A stretch of DNA of 64,000 bases from contig CAWDCL010000004.1 of assembly GCA_963800865.1 (NCBI GenBank), positions 791,013-855,012 on the forward strand. The letters run 5' to 3'. Within the stretch, counting starts at the first letter, position 1. Each line of letters begins with the position of its first letter. This document shows positions 39,785 to 52,351 of this stretch, piece by piece. The notes under the pieces are model-generated. The model was not told the DNA's origin. It saw only the letters and a list, made by a program, of their open reading frames with translations, and did not search any database. The translations under genes were made by a program, and so were the position numbers. The stretch is from an uncultured Acidobacteriota bacterium (lineage in GTDB: Bacteria > Acidobacteriota > Polarisedimenticolia > J045).

Positions 39785-39950
39785 CGACGCGAAACGCGGC
39801 ATCCTCCCAGTGGCTGCGGTCGGCCGGAGTTCTTCCGGTACAGACCGTCCGATCCGCAGGCGCGGGAGCAGCGCTCCGCGTGACGAGATGCCTCGAGGCA
39901 CGCTAGGATCGGTGCTCCGGCGAGCCGGGTTGAAGCGAGGTCGGCCATGA
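39785..39950 (+). pseudogene. HicA-like toxin remnant (internally deleted or degraded) whose stop overlaps the hicB start
   Basis: IRRRGSS...MPRGTLGSVLRRAGLKRGRP* resembles the HicA segments RxKGSH and LPxGTLxSILKQAGL, but about 17 residues are missing between them. The last four bases overlap the hicB start as ATGA. Confidence 0.3.
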
Positions 39951-40210
39951 GGAAGTACCACTACCTGGTTCGAATCACGAGGGACGCCGACAGCGACTGG
40001 GGCGCATCGGTGCCGGATCTGCCCGGGTGCGTCGCCACCGGAAAAACGCTCGATACCGTCATCCGTCGCATTCAGGTCGCCATCACGCTTCACATCCGGG
40101 GGTTGCGCGACGACGGGCTGGCCGTGCCCCGGCCGCGGGCGCGCGCCGTGATGCCGCGCCGGACCGGGAAGCCGTTCGATGTCTGTGCCACCGTGGAGGT
40201 GGCCGCGTAG
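39947..40210 (+). CDS. hicB: HicB-family antitoxin
   Basis: YHYLVRITRDADSDWGASVPDLPGCVATGKTLDTVIRRIQVAITLHI is the HicB/UPF0150 signature. Confidence 0.75.
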   Translation: MRKYHYLVRITRDADSDWGASVPDLPGCVATGKTLDTVIRRIQVAITLHIRGLRDDGLAVPRPRARAVMPRRTGKPFDVCATVEVAA

Positions 40211-40224
40211 TCGCCGGCGTCCCA

Positions 40225-43763
<3,539 letters not shown>

Positions 43764-43769
43764 CGTGGC

Positions 43770-44213
43770 TCAGCGCAGCGGCGGCTCGTCCAGTGTGCGC
43801 AGCCGCAGCCCCGGGAAGCGCGCGAAGTCGCGGTCGCAGGTCAGGAGGTCGGTCGCGCCGTGCTCGAGGCAGAGCGCCGCGATCTGGGCGTCGAAGACCA
43901 GGTTCCCGCGCGCGTCGCCGCGCCGGACGCACTCCGCGAGCAGCCGCGGGAAGCCGGGCCCGGGCAGCAGCACGCGGACGCTCGGGCTGGCCATCAGTCC
44001 CTCCAGCGCGGCCAGCGCGTCGTCGACGGCGGTCGGCGGGTCGAACAGCCGCGGGTGGGTCACGACGCGCAGGAACTCGCCGAGGCAGAAGACCGGAAGC
44101 CCCCAGGGGATCGGCCCGGTGGCGAGGTGCTGCAGCCAGGCCAGCGCCGTCGCGTGCTCCGGGCGTCCGGGGCGCTGCGCGTGGACCAGCACGTTGGTGT
44201 CGACGGCGATCAC
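43770..44213 (-). CDS. vapC: VapC PIN-domain ribonuclease toxin
   Basis: VIAVDTNVLVH... are the PIN acidic residues. The GTG start overlaps the vapB stop (GTGA). Confidence 0.7.
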   Translation of the reverse strand: MIAVDTNVLVHAQRPGRPEHATALAWLQHLATGPIPWGLPVFCLGEFLRVVTHPRLFDPPTAVDDALAALEGLMASPSVRVLLPGPGFPRLLAECVRRGDARGNLVFDAQIAALCLEHGATDLLTCDRDFARFPGLRLRTLDEPPLR

Positions 44214-44461
44214 CGCCCGTCCTCGGCGCTCCCTTCCATGGCGTCGTAGAGCGCGTCGCGGTCGTTGAGATCGACGCCGGGACGGAGTCGCCCTTCGGTT
44301 GTGACCCAGCGCAAGCTGTAGACGCGGTCGTCGGGCCGCCGCCGGACGAGCGCCTCGCGCAACGCCTCCTCGATGACCGCGGTGATCGTCGTGCCGGCGT
44401 CGGCGGCCCGCTTGCGGACCAGCTTCATCAGCTCGTCGTCGAGGTTCAGGGTGGTTCTCAT
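44210..44461 (-). CDS. vapB: VapB-type antitoxin (RHH/CopG-like)
   Basis: MRTTLNLDDELMKLVRKRAADAGTTITAVIEEALREALVRRRP is an RHH motif. It is directly upstream of and overlapping vapC. Confidence 0.65.
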   Translation of the reverse strand: MRTTLNLDDELMKLVRKRAADAGTTITAVIEEALREALVRRRPDDRVYSLRWVTTEGRLRPGVDLNDRDALYDAMEGSAEDGR

Positions 44462-44578
44462 GCATATAAGCATACAGTCAAAGCAGCGATATGCCACACC
44501 TGGCTTCTAACCCCCGGAACCCGCCCCCGCCGCCGCCCGCGTTGACAGCACCTGCCCCCGGGGGCACAGTCCCGCCCC

Positions 44579-45496
44579 GTGTTCGCCGACCTCGAATCGC
44601 CCGGCCGGCCGGCCGCCCCGCCGGTCCGGCTGAAGGACCGCCTGGCCGATCCGCGCCCGCTGGTCGCGGTCGAGCTGCGCCCGCCGCGGCGCGACCTCGA
44701 GGGGGTCGGCGCGATGGAGGCCTGGATCGACGCCTACCACGCGGTCCAGAGCCTGTCGGCGACCGACACCGTCGTCTTCCTGACCGACAACGCGATCGGC
44801 AGCAGCGAGGAGGAGAACCTCGGCCACCTCGTGCGCAACCTCGGCCCCGCGGCGCGGCGCGAGCGGATCGTCCCGTTCCTGACGCTCAAGCACCCGCTGG
44901 ACTACTGCCGCCGCTACGCCGGCCGCGCGCGCCGCGAGCGCTTCCCCGGGCTGGTCGTGCTGGGAGGCGACACGCACGACGCGATCCCGCGCTGCCTGCC
45001 GCACAGCTGGCAGCTGCGCGAGGCGCTGCGCGCGGAGCAGCCGGGGCTGCTGCTGGGCGGCTGGGTCAACCCGTACCGCGATCCCGCCGAGCAGGTCTCG
45101 CTGCTGCTCGATCACGGCGCGGGGCTGGACTTCCTGCTGACGCAGATCGTCTCGCACCACGACCTGGCGCCGGTCGCCGCCTTCGCCGAGGAGGCCGCGC
45201 GGCGCGGGCTGGCGCTGCCGACCTTCGCGGGCGTCTTCTTCTACCGCAGCGCGCGCCGGCAGACGCTCGACGCGCTGGCGCAGTTCATCCCGGTCCCGGC
45301 CGCCGGCTTGTCGGCCGACTTCCTGGAGCGGAAGATGTCGGCCGAGGAGGTCGCGGCGGCGACGCTGTCGGCGCTGGCCGGCCTCGGCTTCACGCGCTTC
45401 TACATCTCGAACCTCGAGACGGGGCGGGCGCCCGCACGGCGGACGTCGATCGCGCGCCGCGCCGGGCTCTCCGCACCCGAAAGGACACCCCGATGA
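44579..45496 (+). CDS. Methylenetetrahydrofolate reductase family protein (MetF-like)
   Basis: VAVELRPP...VVFLTDNAIGS...FYISNLE is colinear with MetF VSFEFFPP...FHFYTLNRAE. It lies near metH. The start is a GTG. Confidence 0.5.
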   Translation: MFADLESPGRPAAPPVRLKDRLADPRPLVAVELRPPRRDLEGVGAMEAWIDAYHAVQSLSATDTVVFLTDNAIGSSEEENLGHLVRNLGPAARRERIVPFLTLKHPLDYCRRYAGRARRERFPGLVVLGGDTHDAIPRCLPHSWQLREALRAEQPGLLLGGWVNPYRDPAEQVSLLLDHGAGLDFLLTQIVSHHDLAPVAAFAEEAARRGLALPTFAGVFFYRSARRQTLDALAQFIPVPAAGLSADFLERKMSAEEVAAATLSALAGLGFTRFYISNLETGRAPARRTSIARRAGLSAPERTPR

Positions 45497-46353
45497 GTGC
45501 CACCACCTACGACGTGACCACCGCCGGATTCGAGAAGGACGTGATCGAGAGGTCCGACGAGGCCGTCGTCGTGATCGACTTCTGGGCCCCCTGGTGCGGG
45601 CCGTGCAAGACGCTCGGCCCGATCCTGGAAGACGAGATCGGCAAGCTCGACGGCCGGGCCGTGCTGGCCAAGGTGAATGTCGACGAGAACCCCGAGCTGG
45701 CGCAGGCCTTCCAGGCCCAGTCGATCCCGATGGTCGTCGCGATCCACAAGCGGCGGCCGGTCTCGTCGTTCCTCGGCGCGCAGCCGCGCGACGTCGTCGA
45801 GCAGTGGCTGAAGCAGGTCGTGCCGAGCGCGGCCGAGACCAGCCTGGAGTCGGCGAAGAAGCTGCTGGCCGAGCACGAGTACGCGCAGGCCGAGACGGTG
45901 CTGCGCAAGGTCCTCGCCGCCAACCCGAACGACCAGACCGCGCTGCTCGAGCTGGCGCGCGTGCTGGCGCGGCGCGGGGAGCGGGCCGAGGCGCTGGTGC
46001 TGCTCGACCGGATCCCCGCCGGGACCCCGGAGTACGACGCCGCCGAGCGCGAGCGGTTGATGTTTGCGATGTTCGACGCCGGGGAGCAGGCGGGGGACCT
46101 CGCGGCGGCCAAGGCGAAGGTCGCCGCGAACCCCGCGGACAGCGCGGCGCGCTTCGCGCTGGCCGGGGCGCACTGGCTGGAGGGGGAGATCGAGCCGGCG
46201 CTCGCGGAGTTGCTGACGATCGTGCGCAAGGACCGCGCCTTCTGGGACGATGGGGCGCGCAAGGCGCTGCTGGCGTTGTTCGACTACCTCGGCGAGGGGA
46301 TCCCGGCGGTCGACACCGCGCGCTCGGAGCTGGCGAACATCCTCTTTTCGTAG
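45493..46353 (+). CDS. Thioredoxin-domain protein with a C-terminal TPR-like domain (YbbN/CnoX-type chaperedoxin)
   Basis: VVIDFWAPWCGPCKTLGPIL is the WCGPC active site, followed by helical TPR-like repeats. The start overlaps the previous stop (ATGA). Confidence 0.75.
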   Translation: MSATTYDVTTAGFEKDVIERSDEAVVVIDFWAPWCGPCKTLGPILEDEIGKLDGRAVLAKVNVDENPELAQAFQAQSIPMVVAIHKRRPVSSFLGAQPRDVVEQWLKQVVPSAAETSLESAKKLLAEHEYAQAETVLRKVLAANPNDQTALLELARVLARRGERAEALVLLDRIPAGTPEYDAAERERLMFAMFDAGEQAGDLAAAKAKVAANPADSAARFALAGAHWLEGEIEPALAELLTIVRKDRAFWDDGARKALLALFDYLGEGIPAVDTARSELANILFS

Positions 46354-46520
46354 GCGGGGCCGGCCCGAACGGGGCGAACGGTTCCTTAGGGCCGGCCTCC
46401 GTGCCGGCCCGAAGGGCAGCGCAACGGTTCCTGTAGGGGCCGGCCTCCGTGCCGGCCCGAAAGGGCAGCGCAACGGTTCCTGTAGGGGCCGGCCTCCGTG
46501 CCGGCCCGAAAGGGCAGCGT
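46354..46520. repeat. REP-like tandem array: three copies of a ~50-bp unit, GGGCCGGCCTCCGTGCCGGCCCGAAAGGGCAGCGCAACGGTTCCTGTAG, plus a degenerate leader copy
   Basis: The perfect 8-bp stem palindrome GGGCCGGC/GCCGGCCC with a ctccgt loop is repeated. This is the same family as the elements at 21677-21800. Confidence 0.85.
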
Positions 46521-46521
46521 G

Positions 46522-46899
46522 ATGGCCGACGACGCGCTCCAGGTGAAGCTCGGCAAGCTCAACGTCGGCCGCGCGCGCCGGCACCTGTTCCTCTGCGCGC
46601 AGCAGTCCAAGCCGAAGTGCTCGACCTACGAGGAGAGCGCGGCCGTCTGGGCCTACGTCAAGCAGCGCCTGAAAGAGCTGGGGCTCGAGGGGCCGGAGGC
46701 CGGCGATCCGTGCGTCCTGCGCAACAGGGTCGACTGCCTGCGGATCTGCCAGGACGGGCCGATCGCGGTCGTTTACCCGGAGGGGGTCTGGTACCGCGGG
46801 GTGACCGTCGAGGTCGCGGAGCGGATCATCCAGGAGCACCTGATCGGGGGTCATCCGGTCGAGGAGTTCGTGATTGCTCGGGCGCCGTTGAACGGCTGA
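46522..46899 (+). CDS. Thioredoxin-like [2Fe-2S] ferredoxin family protein
   Basis: [13 protein letters not shown]...[19 protein letters not shown]. The Cys pattern is that of Trx-like Fd. Confidence 0.55.
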   Translation: MADDALQVKLGKLNVGRARRHLFLCAQQSKPKCSTYEESAAVWAYVKQRLKELGLEGPEAGDPCVLRNRVDCLRICQDGPIAVVYPEGVWYRGVTVEVAERIIQEHLIGGHPVEEFVIARAPLNG

Positions 46900-46969
46900 C
46901 GCGTGAAAGTGCCCCCCCGGGGCGCGGGCTCCATTCGGGCGCCCCGGGGGGGCACTTTCACGCGTCAGC
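46895..46969. terminator. Bidirectional intrinsic terminator: a 31-bp perfect inverted repeat with a 13-nt loop. Both convergent stop codons are inside the stem.
   Basis: GCTGACGCGTGAAAGTGCCCCCCCGGGGCGC ... GCGCCCCGGGGGGGCACTTTCACGCGTCAGC. The TGA of the + gene is at 46897-46899, and the TGA of the - gene is the complement of 46965-46967. Confidence 0.7.
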
Positions 46970-47693
46970 CTCCGGGCGCGAGCTGGACGGTTAGGACCGG
47001 CCGATCTTCGCACGGTGCTTCTGGCTGGTAGGTGAGTTGAATCGCCGTTCCCTGGACGGTGATCGTGGTGAGGCTGACCGTCTCGGCTTCGTCGCGATGC
47101 ATGCAGGGGGAGTAGGGGCCGCGGTCGGGGTGGTGGCTGCGGTGGAAGGCATCGAGCGCCGCGCGCGTGATCCCGCCGTGCTGAGCGGCGACGCGGGCGA
47201 GCGTGCCGCGACGGGAGCGGGCGACGCCGTCGGCGTCGCGGCCCGATGACGTCAAGGGAAGGGCGGCGGCGTCGAGTGGGAACGCCTCGATCGATTCGCC
47301 GTCCCAGCGCAGGGCGCGCGGCGCCTCGCCCACGCCGAAGAGGGCCAGCGTGAACGGCTGATAGCGCGCGAGGTCGGCGTGGGAGAGGGCCTCCCCGGCG
47401 GCCTCGACGGTCGTCGAACCTCCCAGCCCCAGCACCAGCAGCCCGCGGCTGATCGGCGGCCGGTCCAGCGGGAAGGGGTGGTCGCGGAACAGGTTCAGCA
47501 GGCAGGCCGCGACGCCCCGCTCGTTGACGAAGGCCCATGTCCCGCCGGCCTCCCCGTCGCGCGGCGCGACGAAGTGGAGGCCCGCGGCCGAGTCGATCCG
47601 CGGCGGCTCCGCCGGGCGGCGCGAGCGCCGCTCGTCGCGGTTGAAGAAGACCGCGTAGCCGTCCGGCTCGACGATCCAGCTGAGGGTGCACAT
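46965..47693 (-). CDS. NRDE-family protein (TANGO2-like, DUF833)
   Basis: MCTLSWIVEPDGYAVFFNRDE is the family-defining N-terminus. Confidence 0.7.
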   Translation of the reverse strand: MCTLSWIVEPDGYAVFFNRDERRSRRPAEPPRIDSAAGLHFVAPRDGEAGGTWAFVNERGVAACLLNLFRDHPFPLDRPPISRGLLVLGLGGSTTVEAAGEALSHADLARYQPFTLALFGVGEAPRALRWDGESIEAFPLDAAALPLTSSGRDADGVARSRRGTLARVAAQHGGITRAALDAFHRSHHPDRGPYSPCMHRDEAETVSLTTITVQGTAIQLTYQPEAPCEDRPVLTVQLAPGG

Positions 47694-47806
47694 GGCGCGG
47701 CGGGAGTATGCCTGAAACGGGGCAGCACCGAAGTCGGCGAAACGATAGGCGCCAAAGTCGGGGGCCGAGTGCTGGGCCCACCGGCTGACGGCGAGTCCCT
47801 GGAGGC

Positions 47807-48289
47807 GTGATGGATCCCGCGATCCTGCTGCTGATCGTCGTCTTCGTCCTGGCGCCGAGCTTCGGCATGTTCATGCTCGCCGCGGCCCGCACGCCGGCGC
47901 TGCACCGCGAGGTCGTGCGGGCGCTGCGCGAGACCGGCCGCGCCGGAGGTCCGGCCTACGACGACGGGGCGCTCGCGGGCTGGGTTCCGTGGCGCGTCCC
48001 GCCCGGCCTCGAGGAGGTCTACGCCGAACCCGAGCACGCCGGGGGCGAGCCGGTACGCAACGCCGTTGCCCTGTGGCGCGCCAACCGCCGTCTCGCCTTC
48101 GTCATGCTGGCCGCGCTGGCGATCGACGCCGTGCTGCTGGCGCCTGGTCGTGCTCTGGCTGGCGCGCGCGCTGACGCTCAGTGGTGCCGGCGCAGCAGCC
48201 GCCCGAGCGACGCGACCAGCAGCACCGCGACCAGCACCGGCCCGAACGGCTGGTCGAGCAGGATCGCCGCCGCGAACGCGACCAGGTAG
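47807..48289 (+). CDS. Hypothetical small membrane protein. The 3' end is uncertain (it may stop near 48174); it is convergent with znuB and overlaps it.
   Basis: Hydrophobic N-terminus MMDPAILLLIVVFVLAPSFGMFMLAAA and a second TM segment LAFVMLAALAIDAVLLA. Beyond about 48180 the translation looks like antisense of znuB. Confidence 0.3.
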   Translation: MMDPAILLLIVVFVLAPSFGMFMLAAARTPALHREVVRALRETGRAGGPAYDDGALAGWVPWRVPPGLEEVYAEPEHAGGEPVRNAVALWRANRRLAFVMLAALAIDAVLLAPGRALAGARADAQWCRRSSRPSDATSSTATSTGPNGWSSRIAAANATR

Positions 48290-48966
48290 CAGACGAGCGC
48301 CACCCCGACGCTCCCGATCAGCGTCTTCTTCCAGCCCGGCGCGAAGCGGAAGGCGATCCAGGGCGGCACGAAGACCAGCGCGAAGGCGGCGAAGACGCCG
48401 ATCGCCGTCGCCGCGAAGGCCAGCGTCACCGCGACCAGCAGGTCGAAGACGACGTCGTGGTGCGGGGTGGCCAGGCCGTTGGCGCGGAAGAAGTCCGGGA
48501 AGAAGCGCCCCAGCAGGAGCCGGCGCGAGATCCAGGGGAGGACCGCCGCGGTCAGCAGCACCAGCGAGCCCAGCCCCTCGAGGTGCGGCAGGCCGGTGAA
48601 GTAGAGCTGCCCCTGGATCAGCGCGCGCGACAGGTCGTCGCCGTGCGTCGAGTTGGCGGCGGCGATCAGCGCGACGCTCCAGCCGAAGAGGATCATCACC
48701 GCGTAGGCGTCGTTGCCGGTCCGGCCGACCAGCGCCTTGGCCGCCGCGGCCAGCGCCGCCGCGACCAGCGCGACCAGCAGCACCGGCTCGAGGAACATCC
48801 CGCCCAGCACCACGCCGGCCGCCGCCGCCTGCGCCAGGCCGAGCGCCGCCAGCCACTCCTCGCGCAGCCGGATGTAGCAGCCGAGCACGGGCAGCAGCAG
48901 CGCCAGCGCCAGCCCGTTCAGGAACGGCAGCAGGAACAGCCGGTCGAAGACGAGCCCGATGTTCAC
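48178..48966 (-). CDS. Metal ABC transporter permease (ZnuB/TroC family)
   Basis: GTG start overlapping the upstream stop. There are 7-8 TM helices and the characteristic LAQAAAAGVVLG segment. Confidence 0.8.
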   Translation of the reverse strand: MNIGLVFDRLFLLPFLNGLALALLLPVLGCYIRLREEWLAALGLAQAAAAGVVLGGMFLEPVLLVALVAAALAAAAKALVGRTGNDAYAVMILFGWSVALIAAANSTHGDDLSRALIQGQLYFTGLPHLEGLGSLVLLTAAVLPWISRRLLLGRFFPDFFRANGLATPHHDVVFDLLVAVTLAFAATAIGVFAAFALVFVPPWIAFRFAPGWKKTLIGSVGVALVCYLVAFAAAILLDQPFGPVLVAVLLVASLGRLLRRHH

Positions 48967-49529
48967 GCGCCCACCTCGACGATCGTCGTCGCGATCCGCT
49001 CCAGGAACTCGTGCTCGTGCGTCACGACCAGCACGCCGCGCTGCTCGCGCCAGGCCAGCAGCAGGTCGCCCAGCGTCTCGATCGTCCCGGGGTCCATGTT
49101 GTTGGTCGGCTCGTCGAGGTAGATCAGGTCGGCCGGGCTGCCGAGCGCGGCCCAGACCTGCAGCAGCTGGAACTGCCCGCCCGACAGCCGGTCGACGCGC
49201 GGGTCGAGCAGCGGCTGCAGCGCGGGCGGTGCGTCGCGGTCCCTGGCGCGCGTCAGGTGGAGCAGCTCGTGCCCCGTGATCGGCATCTCCGGCAGCTTCA
49301 CCGGCCGTTGCGTCTGGACCATCACGCGCGTTCCCGCACGCCGCACGACCGAGCCGGAGAAGACGCGCACGGAGCCGATGATCGCGCGCAGGATCGTCGA
49401 CTTGCCGCACCCGTTTGGACCGGTCAGGCCGACGATCTCGCCCGCGCGGACCGCGAACGAGAGGGGGCCGACCACGGGCTCTCCGTAGCCCGCGACCAGC
49501 CCCTTCACATCGAGCAGCGGCTCGCTCAC
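48963..49529 (-). CDS. Metal ABC transporter ATP-binding protein (ZnuC/TroB family, short form)
   Basis: GPNGCGKST, LSGGQFQ, LIYLDEPTNNMD, VVTHE. The GTG start overlaps the znuA-like stop. Confidence 0.8.
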   Translation of the reverse strand: MSEPLLDVKGLVAGYGEPVVGPLSFAVRAGEIVGLTGPNGCGKSTILRAIIGSVRVFSGSVVRRAGTRVMVQTQRPVKLPEMPITGHELLHLTRARDRDAPPALQPLLDPRVDRLSGGQFQLLQVWAALGSPADLIYLDEPTNNMDPGTIETLGDLLLAWREQRGVLVVTHEHEFLERIATTIVEVGA

Positions 49530-50417
49530 GAGCGCGAGCTTGCCACCGCAACGACCCACTTGTCGACGAGGTCGAGGTACGCCGTCGCGTCGCCGTCGAT
49601 CGCGACCTCGAGCGGGAGCTGCTGCGCCGTCCAGCCGAGTTCCTTCGCCACCCGGTTCGGGCCGTCCGAGGACTGGAAGACCGCGTAGAGGATCACCCCC
49701 TTCTTTCCCGAGAGGGTCGTCACGAGGTCCTTGATCGACGACGCGGTCGGGGGGATCCCGGGAAGCGGCTCGATGTAGCCCAGCACCGGGACGCCCAGCA
49801 GGCTCGCGAGGTAGTTGCCGTCCTTGTGATAGAAGACGATCCCCGGCGCTCCCGCCGCCCGCTGCTTCCACCCCGGAACGCGCGCGGCGACCGCTTTCCC
49901 GAACGCCGCGGCGTTGGCCGCGAACTCCGCCTTGTGGGCCGGGTCGAGCGCCGCCATCCGCTCCGCGAGCGCGGTCGCGATCGTCGCCATCCGTTCCGGG
50001 TCGAGATAGAAGTGAGGATTGCCGAGCGGGTGGACGTCCCCCTTGGCCCGGTCGGCCGCGCCCCCCTTCTCGATCAGGTCGACCTGCGCCGCTCCCTCGA
50101 AGTAACCCGGCTGGCCCGCGAGGATCTTCGGGTTGTTGCGCACTGGACAGCGCCGAGGGAAGCCAGCCGGTCTCCAGTTCGGCGCCGACCGCCACCAGCA
50201 GGTCGGCGTTGCGCAGCGCGATCATCATGCTCGGCTTGGCCAGCAGGTAGTGGGCGTCGCGGTCGGGCGGAGCGAGGACGGTGACCTTGACCTGGTCGCC
50301 GCCGACCGTGCGCGCCAGCATCCCCATGCTGGAGGTCGTGGCGACGACGTTGAGCCTGGCCTCGGCGGGCAGGGCGAGGGCGGCGGCGAGGATCGTGACA
50401 CAGGCGAGTCTGCTCAT
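49526..50417 (-). CDS. Periplasmic metal-binding protein (ZnuA/TroA family), with a +1 frameshift near 50143-50150
   Basis: Signal MSRLACVTILAAALALPAEA. N-terminus LNVVATTSSMGMLARTVGG...LRNADLLVAVGAELE in one frame. The C-terminus NPKILAGQPGYFEG...GDVHPLGNPHFYLDP is in the next. Confidence 0.8.
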
Positions 50418-50428
50418 GGCCGGCCCCC

Positions 50429-51847
50429 TCAGAACTTGTGCGCGCCGTGCGCGCCGAGGCTGAACTGCAGCTGGATGGTGTAGGCGTCGACCTTGGTCGG
50501 GGTGCCGTCCACCGTGACGTCGATCCGCTCGTACTGCGCGCGGCAGCGGGAGAACTCGGTCGGATTGAATGTCATGTCTCCGGACCACCGGGAGGTCGAG
50601 CCGAAGTTCTCCGTCACGCCGCCTCCGCGGACCTGGTTGGAGGAGCCGGCCTGGTCGTAGCGGACGCCGGCGGTCCAGCGCTTCGCGAAACCGTAGACCG
50701 CCTGGACGTAGTACGCGTCCTGGTCGAAGGTGAACGGGACGGGCGGGACCGACTCGCCGTCCACGGCCACCAGGTCGAGGTCCCGGTTGCGGGCGATGTA
50801 CTCCCCCTGGAGCGTCAGGTCGCCCTGGCCGAACTCCTTCGGCGAGTCGTACTTGTAGACGACGTCGATCCCCCAGAAGTCGGTCGAGCCCTCGTAGGCG
50901 TGGTCGACCTCGCCGTCGCCGTCCTGGTCCTGCAGCTCCTGGTGGGTCCGCCCCGTCCCGTAGAAGCCGCCGATCTGGAGCGCGTTGCTGTACCCGACGT
51001 CCGGCGCGACCTTCACGAACAGGTCGAACAGGCGCGGCCCGGCGTGGTTCTCGAACCAGGGCGTGTCGTCGCTCTCGCCGTAGTAGGAGGAGACCCCGGG
51101 GTTCACCCCCTGCGCCGCCTCGATCCCGATCCGCGTGTAGAAGGGGAGCGGCGGCAGCCAGTTGAGCTGGACGCCGGCCTCGTTCAGCGCGCCGCCGAAG
51201 ATCAGCTGGTAGGGGAGCGCGGTGTCGACGAAGTCCCACTGGTGCGGGTGCTGCGAGTTCTGGTAGCCGATGCCGCTGTAGAACTGGCCGACCTTGAGCT
51301 GGAACCCGGGGATGAACTTCCGGGTCTGCGCGTAGGCCTCCTCGACCTCGATCCCGTCGCCCGAGATCGCGAGGATCGCCCAGAGGTCGAAGTAGGGGTC
51401 GACGGTGCCGCTGAAGGAGAGCTCCGTCTCGCGCAGCGAGAATCCTTCCGCGGTCGCCTCGGGTTCGACGCCGGAGAGCGGGAAGCCGTCGGCTGCGGCC
51501 AGGATCTCGGCGCCTGCGCCGTCGACATCGTCCCGGTAGAAGACGCCGTCGAAGATCACGGCGATCGACGGATTGAAGGCCGACGGGTTGGAGACGGAGT
51601 CACTGCTGCTCCCCCCGACCAGGTTGTAGGGGACGAGCCCGACCGGGTCGAGCGGGCCGCGCGGCCCCGTAGCGGTGCTCGGCGGCTGTGCCGCGGTCGG
51701 GGCCGGGGGAGGGGATGGATCCTGCGGAGGAGAGGGGGCCGGCGGCGCCGGAACGGCCTCCTCCGGAGGGGTCTCGGCCCGGCTCACGTCCGCGGCGCAC
51801 GTCGCCGCGAACAGGAGCGCGAGCGGGATCGCGATCGCTCTTCTCAT
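50429..51847 (-). CDS. Outer-membrane beta-barrel protein (porin-like) with a His-rich C-terminal tail, co-located with the znu-like operon
   Basis: Signal peptide MRRAIAIPLALLFAATCAA, followed by a Pro-rich linker. The protein ends ...QFSLGAHGAHKF with a terminal Phe, and it contains many alternating beta strands. Confidence 0.6.
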   Translation of the reverse strand: MRRAIAIPLALLFAATCAADVSRAETPPEEAVPAPPAPSPPQDPSPPPAPTAAQPPSTATGPRGPLDPVGLVPYNLVGGSSSDSVSNPSAFNPSIAVIFDGVFYRDDVDGAGAEILAAADGFPLSGVEPEATAEGFSLRETELSFSGTVDPYFDLWAILAISGDGIEVEEAYAQTRKFIPGFQLKVGQFYSGIGYQNSQHPHQWDFVDTALPYQLIFGGALNEAGVQLNWLPPLPFYTRIGIEAAQGVNPGVSSYYGESDDTPWFENHAGPRLFDLFVKVAPDVGYSNALQIGGFYGTGRTHQELQDQDGDGEVDHAYEGSTDFWGIDVVYKYDSPKEFGQGDLTLQGEYIARNRDLDLVAVDGESVPPVPFTFDQDAYYVQAVYGFAKRWTAGVRYDQAGSSNQVRGGGVTENFGSTSRWSGDMTFNPTEFSRCRAQYERIDVTVDGTPTKVDAYTIQLQFSLGAHGAHKF

Positions 51848-51927
51848 GTCCGTTGTCCTCGTTCCGATCCTGAAAAATCCGCCCGCGCGTCCGGGGGGAC
51901 GCGCGGCGACACGAAGCACGCAAGGGC

Positions 51928-52194
51928 TCAGGCGAGCGGCGGGCTGCGGGGATCGGGAAGAGCGAAGAGCGGCGGGAAGCCGGGGAGCGACGCCTCGGAG
52001 GCCCGGACCGGCACCGCGCCGGCGTCCGGCGCGGGGACCGCGGCGGCATCCGGGAGGACGACGCCGTGGTGCGACGCGATCTGGCAGACGGGACACGCGA
52101 AGTGCTCGTCGGCGAGGCCGTGGTGGTGCACGAACGGGGCGAGGATCGTGACGGCGAGCGCCAGCACGCCGAGCAGCGCGATCCAGGACGTCAT
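51928..52194 (-). CDS. Small membrane-anchored protein with HHH and CxxC motifs (88 aa), a putative metal-binding protein
   Basis: MTSWIALLGVLALAVTILAPFVHHHGLADEHFACPVCQIASHHGV. It lies immediately upstream of the OMP gene. Confidence 0.45.
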   Translation of the reverse strand: MTSWIALLGVLALAVTILAPFVHHHGLADEHFACPVCQIASHHGVVLPDAAAVPAPDAGAVPVRASEASLPGFPPLFALPDPRSPPLA

Positions 52195-52351
52195 CCGTTC
52201 CCGCACGAGGGGCTTCACGGGGCGGAGGCTAGCGGGGTGGTGCGGGGCTGTCAAGAATCGGCGAGGTGACAGAGGCCGGGGGCGACCGCCCGCGCGCCGG
52301 GTACAATCGGCACCCTCCGCGGGAGAGCCGTTGGAAGCGCGCATCAAGGCG

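Noticed and set aside
39787-39860. An alternative-frame HicA middle segment (RHPPSGCGRPEFFRYRPSDP)
   Set aside because: It occupies the same nucleotides as the RRRGSS segment in another frame, so both cannot be real. The resemblance is probably chance.
39955-39975. A tRNA T-arm-like GGTTCGAATC
   Set aside because: It lies inside the hicB coding sequence (YHYLVRITR). There is no acceptor or anticodon stem context. No convincing tRNA or rRNA was found in any intergenic region.
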